DNA of 64,000 nt, taken from the NCBI RefSeq assembly GCF_964194025.1, contig NC_134468.1, positions 42,346,001 through 42,410,000 on the forward strand. The letters are read 5' to 3'. The translations under genes and the position numbers were made by a program. This document shows positions 1-32,000 of the stretch, piece after piece; position 1 is the stretch's first letter, and each line of letters opens with the position of its first letter. The notes below the pieces were generated by a model. The model was not told the origin of the DNA and did not search any database. It saw nothing but the letters and a program-made list of their open reading frames with translations. The DNA is from Convolutriloba macropyga. Taxonomy: Eukaryota.

Positions 1-8
1 TCTTACAG

Positions 9-117
9 CAAAAAATGATGGAGCAATTTCGGAAGAAGAAGGTACTGAAAGATCAGGAAGATTGGGACAGCTTAAAAACTTAGTAAATATAGAAATAATA
101 TAAATATATTTAATAAA
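9..117 (+). other. Possible terminal exon of a second plus-strand gene nested in NDUFS1 intron 7
   Basis: tcttacag| followed by purine-rich coding-like sequence (QKMMEQFRKKKVLKDQEDWDSLKT*, stop 81-83, or an alternative frame) and AATAAA at 112-117. Confidence 0.3.
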
Positions 118-449
118 ATTATATTATTATATTACTATATACACAAATGTAAAAGGTGCTATCTATAATCTCATTTTGTGAAAAGCAACATAGACCTACG
201 GTCTGTAGAAAAAAAATGAGAAAAAAAAATTGCTGAAATAAGGAGATTTTTACAGTTTGATGTTTCAAAACTAAATGCTGAGATTTTCTAATTTGATTTA
301 GAAGTTATGTGTTTTTTAAATTAGATGCCTGCAAAAACAAACAACTTTAATTTATGTGAAATTATCTGCTCCAATTAAAGAAAGTAGAAATCAAGTTGAG
401 CTACAGCAAGTCATTTTGAGAATGAGGTAAATCATGTGGTACAAAAAAA

Positions 450-821
450 GTTAACCACGCGAACGATTTATTGCGTTGGGGTGGGGTGTCAAGAGATGGT
501 TGTGAAGGCTAGATGGGAGGGTGTTAAAATCGACAGGTGGAGGAGGGGTGGACATTGGGATTGTTGAGGAAAGTAATTGGGGGATTAAGCACCCTTCACA
601 CTAAAATTGGCTCCTCAAAACAGTTTTGGTGAATCACATTCTTAGAGTATAGTAAGGCTTAAGGCTCTAAACGAATTTAATGCCCTCCGACCGCAACCTG
701 TTTATCGCGTTCTTGACGACGAAAAGCCAAAGGGCTCATACAAAAAATCGGTCAACCAAAAATCGAATAAAAAACTACAGGGCTAATACAATTCCTACAA
801 AAGTCGTTTGAGAGCAATTAA
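450..821 (-). mobile_element. Non-autonomous Helitron2/Helentron-like element, family A (partial)
   Basis: Ends in TCGTTTGAGAGCAATTAA; body is homologous to 62743-63234, including the G-rich tract. Left boundary approximate. Confidence 0.65.
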
Positions 822-2409
822 AAACACAGCACTCAGCTCATAAAAAATTCTTGACTTGAGCTGAGAAAAAATGAAAAAGACAAAACATTCCAAAAACTAA
901 TTAAAAAAATAGAATTCATCGAAAATCTGTCTAATACTTCTTAACAATTTTTGCTAAAAATCTAAAGAATAAGTAAATTGCAGGCTGGCAGAAATCAAGC
1001 AAGCTGCACCTATAAGCGACAAACAAAAGCAAGACTATAAAAAAGTTAAGAACTGAGAAAAAGTAGCAAAACTAACGAAAATTTGCTCAATTTCGTCACG
1101 CCATTGATCACAAAACCAAAATTATGCCACTATAATCTAGGCTTTAACCCATGAAAAAGCTTTCCAAAGCTTCGTCGGCCCTTCGAGATGGAAAAACTCG
1201 AAAAAAGTATTTCAATACACAAACAAAGAAATTGCTGAAGATCTTGTTATTATTTCGTACATTTGAATATTCGAACCGTATATTATGCGTATATTTGAAT
1301 AACGTTGAAAACTGACCAGTAACCTATCTTTAAGCCCATAAACGTTTCATTAGCCCCTGCAGATTGAAAAATTCGAAAAATGATAATAATTTCCAAAGAC
1401 AATACGAGCAAAGAGCGTGTATGCCATTCCCAATCATTCAATAATAATCGTCCGAAAATAGCAAAACATGCTAAAAAGAGAAAAACCTCTATATCAGGAG
1501 TAAACCTTAAGTTATCACAAAAAGGCCAACTGCCAGCAAATATTCGCGAAAGCTTAGTAGATCACCGGTCTCAAAAAGATAAAAAACAGACAGAAAGAAA
1601 TTTCCCTTTTTTTAAACTGCTGAGATGTAATATTTTGATTTCTAATCTGTATAATTTATTGCTGCTTCTATTAGCTGCTTTGAAATAGCCATCAATTAGA
1701 GTGATCCAAACTCAGTTGACCTTATCTCTTTTAATTACAATTGAAAGTGAGAAAAGCCAGTATTTAGTGTCACGCGTGATCAAAAATTTAATCACGCGAA
1801 TGAACAAACATAAGAGTGACTTTAGGAATGGCATTAACTATTCCATTAAGAGTGAAAAGTGACTTCACGCACGCAATTAACTCAAAACTGCCAAACCTAA
1901 AAAAACTGCAACCACTCACAATCAGTGTTATTTTAGCAAGAGACTCTGCATGCGCGCATTTCAAATCATTCAAGAAATCACTTCGTTCGAGAGCAATTAA
2001 AAAACTCTTTTCGCTCTCTCCAAAACAGAGGTGTGGGAAAAAACACTCTTTTCTCTCTACTCTTCAGATTTGTTCAGTAGTCCAATCATTGCAAATTCTT
2101 TTTACGCGCAGAATTTCCTGTTTGAAATTCACTACAAAATTATTGATTAAAAGACACCTCCAAGACTGCTTCGAGTGGTAGAAATAGAACGATAACGTTT
2201 CTTCGAGTCGTAAAAATACGCCACCATTTCATCTCTTCGAGTCGTTGAAAACGAAGATCACCACAACTCTTCGAGACCCAAGAATCAGGGCCGCAATAAA
2301 AGCCGGCTGAGAAAAGCAATTACAGCGTGGCTTTGTTATTCTTCTGTTTTAAGATAAAAACTAATTCAGCTGAATTAATTTATGAGTGATTAAAATCGAC
2401 ATACTAGTT

Positions 2410-3507
2410 AACATAGCCGGCAGATTGCCGGAATAGCTGCGAAAGAATAGACCTGCGTGCCATATAATAGAGATAGAAACAGATACAGATCTATATTGGA
2501 AAAAAATCAACGCCGCTAAAAAAACTAGGTAAAAAACATTCAGCGATAAATTAATAAAGCTTGTTAAAATTCATTCCGCAGAAGCCTCTTATTAGGGACC
2601 TTTATTACACAAATGAGTTCCTTTGACCTTAAGCCAATTGAAACTAAACTTAAGTTTTAAAGTGCAAAAGTCATTTTATTGAGTGAGGTAAGTCACGTAT
2701 GATCAAAATCTAATCACGCAAATAACCTAAAAACTTTTGCTAAAGCGAGTGAGAAATGACGTCACGCGCGCAAATGCCGTTAGTGAGAGGAAGAAGTCAT
2801 TCAGAAAATTTGACTTTTTCAGCTTTGCTGTGTGAACAAATGTAAAACGAAAAACGAGCGTCAGACGACGAAACAAAAAAACATAGCAGGACAAGTCCTG
2901 ACGTACAATTCAAAGAATTTTCATTGACTAAACAGAAAAACTAGACCTAGAATGGACTATGAGTGAATTGAGAAAACCATTTTAAATCAGATCAAAAAAT
3001 AAGAATAAAAAACAAAAAAACAATGTCAAAATGCCGCATGTGAACAAAAAAACCACTAGCGAGAAATGAAATTTTAATTCAAACAAAAAACTAGGCCTAG
3101 GATGAGCTGCGAATGGATTGGGACAACCATTCAGAAAAAAATCCGATCCAAAAAATCGAAAAAACAGTAAAAATCAGAGTGAAATTGCCGCATGTGAACA
3201 AAAAACCACTACCGAGAATCCGATTTTTTGTTCAAACACCATTTTCGCACTCTACTTTAAAATTAGAGCGAAAAAAATTCACGCCGCAAAACCACTCGCT
3301 TTTTCGCTCCATTTCCTGTTTCGGCGTGACCAAAATCACTACTCCAATTTGATTCAAAAATCATGAAAATGTGTGAACAGATCTTAAAAAAAAAAGAGAG
3401 CGCCCCAATACAATTCAAATTCTTTGAATTGTAAAAATTCTTTGAATTGTAAAAAACCAAGAGCACCGCAATATAGCTTCGCTCAGCTTACAGCTTCGCA
3501 GCTATAA
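2410..3507 (-). mobile_element. Non-autonomous Helentron-like element, family B (composite)
   Basis: Hairpin CCGGCA-gat-TGCCGG (2417-2431); asymmetric inverted repeat ATAGCTGCGAA (2433-2443) / TTCGCAGCTAT (3495-3505); internal second hairpin CAGGAC-aa-GTCCTG near 2887; closely similar to 15256-16140. Confidence 0.75.
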
Positions 3508-3600
3508 AAACATACAGAAAAATTGGATTCAAATCCAGTCGAATTACACATGTGCGAAAACGTTAGAGCGTAAAAATGGACAAGCAATTGAGTTACATAC

Positions 3601-24104
<20,504 letters not shown>

Positions 24105-24895
24105 CCTGAACAAATAATCTGAAATCAAAACATATCGCAACTTTTAGATGATAAACGAACATGAAAATGGAATTCAAACATTCGGTGACAGTTCTGGATT
24201 TAAACGGGGATCTTTCATGACTGTGTCCACTACATTAACTAGTCTGATTCTCAAAATTTGGTAAATTTTGACCTGTTCGCATCAAATATTATCGTAAGCA
24301 CAATTTACATTTGGCTCTAATTTTCAAGCTCATATCAACATCTGGAAAAGCTTCTTAGAAAGCGCGTTATTTACTAAATTTGGAAAAGAAGTCTGGTCAG
24401 GTATCTTTTCAACCACTACATATATACATAGTTGAATAGAAAATTTGAAGGATCTAACTATCAGCTTATTATTCTAATCTTGCACGTTATCTGTCCATTA
24501 CTTTGCTGTATTCAGTTTCAGTGTTCAGTCTACTTTAACCTTTGCCAAGTGTTCATAATAATGCACATAGAAGCATGTTCTACATCAATTAACTCAGCGG
24601 CTCAAAATAAAGCCACGCGCCAATTTGAAGTACAGATTCAACTCAGATTGACGCTTGAAGAAAATAATAACTTCGAACACGACTTACGTCATCATTCATC
24701 TTTTTTCATGCTTGTCAACGTTATTTAAAATTTGTGCGGCCTGTTGTACAAAGTTATTTTCTATCTACTTATCAAAAGCACAACAATTTTTAAAACTTGA
24801 GTGCTGTATACTAGCGCTGAAGAATTTCTAAAAAAGATCAATACGCCAACTACACAATTTGAGAGATTTCGTTTTTAAGCTTCACTTTGAGCAAT

Positions 24896-25822
24896 ATGGC
24901 TCGTTGTACAAGCTTTATTTTTTGCGTAAATTTATTCTGCCACGCTTTGTTCACTGTCGTCGGGCTTTTATCAGTGGGCGCTGCAGCTGCAGGCTACTAC
25001 ACCCTACTTGGCTCTGCAAATGTCGATCACGCTTTGAAAATCTTAGATGCTTCATCTATAACAATACTTATACCGGTTGCGTTTTTCCTATTTTTGGGTG
25101 TGGTCCTAATTGCTATTGGCGTGTTCGGCATCGTCAAATCCCGGAAAATTGAGGACAGTCCTAAAATAATGCTCATCCTCGCCATTGTTATTATCTTAAT
25201 TGTACTGATAATTGTCAGCCTCATATTTGTGTGCATGTATTTCGTCGGAGATGTCGAGAGCCGCTTGGACACGAACATGCGAGAGACCATCAGTGTTGCG
25301 GCCGCCGACACCGAATCCACAGAACGGGAAAACTGGGACAACGTCCAAGAGTCGTTCACCTGTTGTGGCGTCACTGACGGGTACGACTGGCTATTCCAAT
25401 TGAACTCTCTAAGTTGGAATGACACCTACGTCCCGGCAAGTTGCGGTGACAACGAAGCAGAAAAGATTGCACGACCAGGGTGTAAGAAAACAGTCCAGGA
25501 AGATATTCTTCAAATCACGATTCTATGTTGTGGAATTCTGGCATTGGCGGCAGGTGTGCTTGCAGTCTGCGCTATAATGATGCTGGTCGTGTCAATCAAA
25601 TCCATCCGTGACCCTAGATGGATGCGATTGAAAAACGAGGTGAAAGATGAGTTTGACGATGAAGATGACGATTCGATTTCGGACTACAAACGTCAACGAA
25701 GCGTAACCGACATCCAACAGGTATTTCAACAATCGGAACCAGTGAGTGCACGCGACGTACGAATCAGCGGAACCAAAGGAACAACTCCGCCTAAGAAAGC
25801 TAACCCTGTTATTGTCCGGTGA
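24896..25822 (+). CDS. Tetraspanin family protein, intronless, 308 aa
   Basis: Four hydrophobic segments; the large extracellular loop has WDNVQESFTCCG, VPASC and PGC motifs. The ATG is at 24896 (the ORF-track start at 24887 is a TTG). Confidence 0.92.
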   Translation: MARCTSFIFCVNLFCHALFTVVGLLSVGAAAAGYYTLLGSANVDHALKILDASSITILIPVAFFLFLGVVLIAIGVFGIVKSRKIEDSPKIMLILAIVIILIVLIIVSLIFVCMYFVGDVESRLDTNMRETISVAAADTESTERENWDNVQESFTCCGVTDGYDWLFQLNSLSWNDTYVPASCGDNEAEKIARPGCKKTVQEDILQITILCCGILALAAGVLAVCAIMMLVVSIKSIRDPRWMRLKNEVKDEFDDEDDDSISDYKRQRSVTDIQQVFQQSEPVSARDVRISGTKGTTPPKKANPVIVR

Positions 25823-25988
25823 AGTGAAATCAAACAACCACACCACGAGAACTATCAAATTACGGTCGTGAGATCATGACTATGTAAAAATTGATCACGA
25901 TTGCCCGACTACTAATTTAGTTTTCCATAACCAATTGAATGTATAAAGTAGAGACAATAATTAAAATGGTTAAAGACGCTCAGCTTTT

Positions 25989-26398
25989 AAACATAAGCCG
26001 ACTAATGTCGGAAGAATTGCTCTTGAACGACAGGCGAGGCAATTTAATTCCGGGGCTGTAGCCTAAATCAATTTTTCTTTATGGGCGCAAAAACAGTTAA
26101 CCACGCCTGGATTCGAACCATGGACCTCCCGATCCCACACCAGAAGCACTGCTGACTCGGCTATCCATCCATGCTTGTTTCCATGCTGCAATCGTTTTTA
26201 CTTTAGCAACAAGCTTTACTTCAGAGTGAGAACAAAAGAGATCACTCAAAAATGAAGAACGAAAGCGTGAAAAAGTCACTTGAGAAGTCAAAGAATGTTC
26301 TAGAAGAAAAGCGCAAAAGCGATCAAGCGAAAAATTTGCATAAATAAAGACCAACACGTTTGCAATAATTGCTATGAACTTCGTTCAAGAGCAATTAA
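25989..26398 (-). mobile_element. Helentron-like element, family A with tRNA-like insert
   Basis: Hairpin CCGAC-taat-GTCGG (25998-26011); perfect 16-bp asymmetric inverted repeat at 26015-26030 / 26381-26396. Confidence 0.78.
26099..26170 (-). ncRNA. tRNA-derived (Pol III A/B box) cassette, probably not a functional tRNA
   Basis: A-box-like TAGCCGAGTCAG, GGAGGTC, B box GGTTCGAATCC in a T-arm-like stem; acceptor stem does not pair well. Confidence 0.5.
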
Positions 26399-26599
26399 AA
26401 ACATATGAGTTTGAAGGTGTAAAACCAAGGCAAAAACCTTAAACTAAATAAACAGATAATTCACATAGAGTTGCAACACATTTGGGATACAATGAGAGTT
26501 CACAAATACTAAAATCCAACATTCCTAATCTCGAATCCATCACGTGGTCATCACCAATCCATCTTTCGCGTCTAACTATGGAAAAATTGTCGCTTCACA

Positions 26600-27803
26600 T
26601 CAATTTTTTGGTGTATCTTGAACACCATATTTCGCCTTTAAATCGGCAATCTCTTGACTCTTTTTCTCCTGATCAATCTTCTTATGCATTTTATGAGGCT
26701 GATAATACAACACAATCAGGTACCGTCCACACACATTGAAGCCTGAGAGATGATCGCACGCGTTTTTGGCGTCGAATATGTCCTCGTAAACTACGTAGGC
26801 TGTCCCCTAAACACAATGGTTACAGACCGTTACTACCCCAATATTCTGCTACAGCTAATTACGCCAATATAACTGCTGGTGATATAACTTGGTACTCTCT
26901 GTAAAAACTTGAAGGGTTCTGAATGACTAAAATATTTTTGTGCATTTAAGTAGAAAACAATCCCATCTAGTTAGAGTCTTCTAACTAGCTGGAGTCTGAC
27001 TAGTGAGAGCCATCTAGTTAGTTAGAAAAGAGTCCTATCTAATTCAATTTTGACAAATAAATCAATAGTTCATTAAATTATCCATGCTTCGCCAAAGTTG
27101 AAGACTAACAGTAAATGTTAGATAGTAATTTTTGATCTGCCAAAGATCGCAACAATTTTAATCAACAGTTCCTAATCTGAGTTTGATTACACAATGACAT
27201 GTCCAGAGGGAAAACTTATTACTACCTGACCAAAAGCACATCACTGAGCTAATCGCAAAAAAATACGAAAGAGTTATCTGCCGAGTCGGACAGTTACATT
27301 GAGTTATTGTGCTTTGAGTTCACCAATTGACAACTCTGTAGCTTCTCCTCGTGCTAGTATGTTACTGTTAGCTTTTAATACGTTTTCTCCAGGCCTGCTA
27401 ATGTTTGTATTTATTGCAGTTTCATTTAAAATTGAAAGCTGAGTTTTTCAAAGTGCAGGGTTTGAGACAAGGTTCTAATTTCATCACAGAATTCTAAGTT
27501 ATTTTGCAGGAGAAAAATATAGAGAGCAAATTGAAATAGTAGAGTGCTAGCAAAGCGATAGTAAATTTTATAGCAATCAAGATCCGTAAGCTTGATAAAC
27601 TAGTAAACAATAATCTGTTGTGGCATGCATACCTTTGTATCTGCTCTGTCTCCAACTCTGATCTGTCTGATGGGTCCATATTTACCAAATATGTCATACA
27701 TTTCTTCACTGCTTATCTTGTAAGGAAGGTTGCGCACATATAGAATGCGGTTAACTTCAGGCGGGAGCCGTACATTCGCTCTTCTGATTGCTTGCAATGC
27801 CAT
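26600..27803 (-). CDS. SF3B6: Splicing factor 3B subunit 6 (p14 / SF3B14), 125 aa. Exons 27633-27803 and 26600-26806
   Basis: [57 protein letters not shown]|[36 protein letters not shown]...[10 protein letters not shown]; RRM with RNP2 and RNP1; phase-0 GT-AG intron. Confidence 0.97.
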
Positions 27804-29049
27804 TCAAATATCTGTAAATAAAAACTCATTCCTGTAATGCATGAATCATGGAAAAAACTATGAGCTACGAATTAAATCAAGTCGTGAAAACAGATTTCAA
27901 TATTTTTAAAACTAAATTTCGAATTTGCTTTAAAAACAACGCTGCGAGAACCCACTGCAAGAGAACATGAAAACTGAGGCATAGCTCTAGAAAGATTGAT
28001 TTCACTATTTAACTGAGACGATATAAAAAGATGGCAAGAGAAATGATACCCCTGCTGATAAGATTAACATTGTTTACATCGCAAAATTACTTTCTGAAGC
28101 ATGTTTGACGCAGTATGGTTTTGGGTTTTTGCAATTGCTTCTCAAAATTCCTTTCATATGTAGCGATCAATTCATTTTGAGAATAATCCCAGCTAAATCT
28201 CCCGACCAAATTTATCCTTTCGTATGATCTAGCAGAGAAGTAAGCTTAAGAAAGTTATTTCAACACTCTAAATGGCAAAATTGCTGAGAAGCAATGTTTG
28301 TAATTCCCACGCCATTGATTCATGGTCCAAACCAACACTCGCCTCACTGAAGTGCAATAACCTGAGGTAGACCTGAGAATTCTTTTCTGCTTTAAAAATA
28401 CCAACGCCACTCACGAAAAGAGCTGGCTGAGATGCTCCACTGCGGGTACACAAAAAAGCCATTACGAATTTAGCCTATTGAAAAAGCTGTTCACACAATT
28501 TGAAAAGAAGTACTTGTAAATTGGATAATAGTAACGTTAAAAAAAGTTACGCAAGAAGCCTGAAAATCTTAAATATGTTTTACACTTTGTGTTGTCTTTA
28601 TAAGATGAAATGGTGTTGAAACAGTATGGTGACTTCACAAACAAGACTTATTTTCTTGCACAAATATGTAACCATTTTCAGAAATATGTCAAACTTTTTC
28701 AAATATAAGATAATAACGATAATTGACTAACAGATCAAAAACAAACGTACTTCAAGCTGCACTCAAAATGCGAACAAGCGAAATTATCAGACCAATTATT
28801 GTCACAAAATACCGGTGAATTAGCAGAATATATAGATAGAGAAAAGTAATTCAGACAACTTTAATTTTCTTTAAAAATCAAAAACAAACATTAGCTATCA
28901 AACTTCTGACTTCACCAACAAGGTTAATCATTTAGCCCTGTTTTCGAATTATTTGAAATAGACTATTTAGAAGATTTCGTAGACAAAATTCTCTATAGAA
29001 GTGGCGGGTGGGAACTCTAATTGCAGCCAGCTTAGCTTAGAGAGAGGGG

Positions 29050-32000
29050 CAGGCAGGAAAACAGAAGAGCGTAGCGCAGGCTTTGAATTTAGAAACTTAG
29101 TGGATCGAGGGGCAAAAGTCAATTTGTCAAAAACGATGCCGTCTACACAACAAAAGTTTGCTTTCTCTGTAACTTAGCCAAATTGCACACTTAGACTACT
29201 TAAGCTGTATGACATATGGGCAGATCTGAGTTTGAAAAATTATAATGATGGCCAAAACTCACAATCAAGTGCATCAGATACAGCACATATAGAGCGAATA
29301 AAATAGAAAGAAGTACTGCTGAGAACACACCACTGTTGGCCTATGAGGCCCCAGTGGAATTACACAAAAAGCACCATTACTAAAAATAGCTGGCAGATTG
29401 CCAAAAAATAGCTGCAATAGCTTCGTATATCTGCAGTTTAAAAGGGATAATAAAAGAAAACTTTCTTAAAAGGTGAAGTGTTATCTCGATTATGAATCTG
29501 CTAAAACTTTGGCTGCTTCCATTAGTTGCCCTCAAATACCCTTCAATTAGATTGCAAGGCACTCACTTGACCTTTTAAGCAAGATCAGTCCATTTCAGAG
29601 TGAGAAATTCATTTGAGAGTGAGGTAAGCCGCTTGTGACAAAAAAATTTCATCACGCAAATGAACAAAATCTCAAAAAGATTGAAAATGAATGAACAAGC
29701 AGATTTGAAGTGATTGCAACGTCATATTGTCGTAACAAAAATTCTGTTGACGAAATAAAAACAGGACAAGTCCTGAAGTACAACCAAAAGAACTGAAAGA
29801 AACCAAGCTTAAGAAAGTTATTTCAATACTCCAAATTGCAAAATTGTTGAGAAGCAATGTTTGTTCTTCCCATGCCGGGAAGCAATATTCGGGGAAAAAC
29901 CGATTTCAAGAGCTGCTTACAGGAGACAACACTTGGGACCTCTCTGGGCAGAGAGAAGTAAACATTTGGATTTTTATGGGCAGAGTAGAGCCCAATTGTT
30001 GGGATTCTCTGAGCAGAGTTAAGCTTGACATCATGAAGATAGGATGTTTTTATTAATTGGGGCACCTCATTGCCAAATGTTTCACTCAGTTTGTCAAAAA
30101 AATCAGTTGCCGTGATAATTCTTGAATTTGACTCCCAAGACATTGGACCTCTCTAGGTAGAGAAAAACCAGCAATTGGGGACTATTCAGGTGTTTCAATT
30201 GTTTGCTAATATTGTGAGACACTCAGAATTTGTTTTTACAACTTTTTCGTCAACTGAATCTACATGGATCTCCTATTGTCTTTCATCAACTATAAAAATC
30301 ATGCCCAACTCTAAAAATGAATAGCAAACAAAGCTGGGACCTCTAATCTAATTTCGAATGAGGCCATTACTTACGTATGTCCTAAAAAGACAAAAGCTAC
30401 GAACTGAAATTCGGAAATTTGTGGGTTAAGTGGATCAAATAAAATTCTCCTTTTTTTACACATCAGACTGTCAGTACCGCCCCCACAGCTGGTTGAGACA
30501 TCCCAAAGTTCACAACCATAGTTAATAAAAACTGAAGAAAAGATTAGATTATTTGATGTGCGGCAGGTTCAATTGATTCTATTCTCGATTCCGTATATAA
30601 TTATTGATGCTTTTTGGCTCATTTGAAAATTCTTCGGACATTTTTGTCTGGGGATTTCTAAGGTTGGTTTCAATTGGTTGCTAATAATATTTGAAAATCA
30701 CAATTTCGCAACCTTTTCGTTAAGTAGATCTCTCAATATTGATAGATTTTGCCATTAATGTCATTAATCAACCAAAAATATAAATCACAATTTCGCAACC
30801 TTTTCGTTAACTAGATCTCTCAATATTGATAGATTTTGCCATTAATGTCATTAATCAACCAAAAATACTCAACTCTAAAACTGTAGAGCAAACATCAAAA
30901 CCGAGTTTTTTAATACCAAATTGGAGCAACTTTTACCTATCATGTACCAAACAGACATTTGAGGAAAACTGAAATTTGAAAAAAAAACATTTGAGGGTTA
31001 AGTGGATGAAGTTTTTTTCCTTTTTCACAATTAAGTCTGTTCCAGATTCTGTGAAAAATATCGCCCCAAATGAAAACTCAGCGAATATTTTGTCGCATAT
31101 CCTTTTGTCTGTCTCTTTATCAATAGCGTACCAGCGACGAGGAACTTGTGATGTGAGTTTCAACTGATTGCTTATATTTTGAGGCAATCACATTTTTTTT
31201 ACAATTTTTGTTAACTGAATGTATCAAAAGTGATCTTATTTGCAGTTAACCTCATTAGTGAAAAATAATTAGCTCAACTCTAAAATGCATAGCAAACAGC
31301 AAAACTGGGTGCTTTTACTTCAAATGAGACCAATTCTTATCTATTATATCCCAAAAAGACACTAGCTGAAACCTGAAAATTTTTTAAAACAACACTTTTG
31401 CGGGTAGGGGTGGATTGAATAAATTTTTGCACTGTATCGCACTTCAAACTGTCTGTTCCACATTCACAGCTGCTGTGGAATAATCTCCCAGGCACAGCCC
31501 CATAATTAATAAAGTAAAGAAAAGATTAACGTATTTGATTTGTAGCAGGTTCAATTAATTCTCTTCTAGATTCGGTAAAATGATTTTTTGATGCCTTTGG
31601 CCCGTTTTGAAAATTAATTTTTGAAGCAAATCCGATCTTAATTCAGACCTGCAGTCAGGTACCTGAAACTATTTAGAACAGTTTTTAGGCGAAATCTGCA
31701 AAAGAGCAGTAATAAATATATTTGATATGAAAAAAAAGAAATCCATGTTTTATATTTCCTCAAACCACTCTATCACTTTGGCATCCAAATAGTTCATAAG
31801 TAGTGCATTCTGTTACCTTCAGAAAAAAACTTTGTCGAACGGTTATTTAAGACTGATTCTTGAAAAAAAACTAGTATTTTCTCAAATTTTAATGGTTGAG
31901 CGGTATATTGCATAACCAGTGGTTCCCACCCCCTCCATAAAGGTGTGCAAGGACCAGGAACATTAAGATGGACTGATTGCGCCCAGAAACACGCTAGCAC

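Noticed and set aside
2160-2280. CRISPR-like repeat/spacer pattern (CTTCGAGTCGT about every 35 nt; also 10990-11070)
   Set aside because: The repeats are too short and degenerate, the spacers resemble each other, the context is a eukaryotic intron and there are no cas genes. It is a minisatellite.
24401-24549. U12-type intron (cag|GTATCTTTT ... ACTTTAAC ... AG) upstream of the tetraspanin
   Set aside because: Both the donor and the branch point deviate from the GTATCCTT / TCCTTAAC consensus, and there is no exon evidence.
25027-25425. 132-aa antisense ORF over the tetraspanin
   Set aside because: Shadow ORF of a coding sequence, with no independent features.
26099-26170. Functional tRNA gene
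   Set aside because: Acceptor and D stems do not pair convincingly and it sits inside a repeat; treated as tRNA-derived only.
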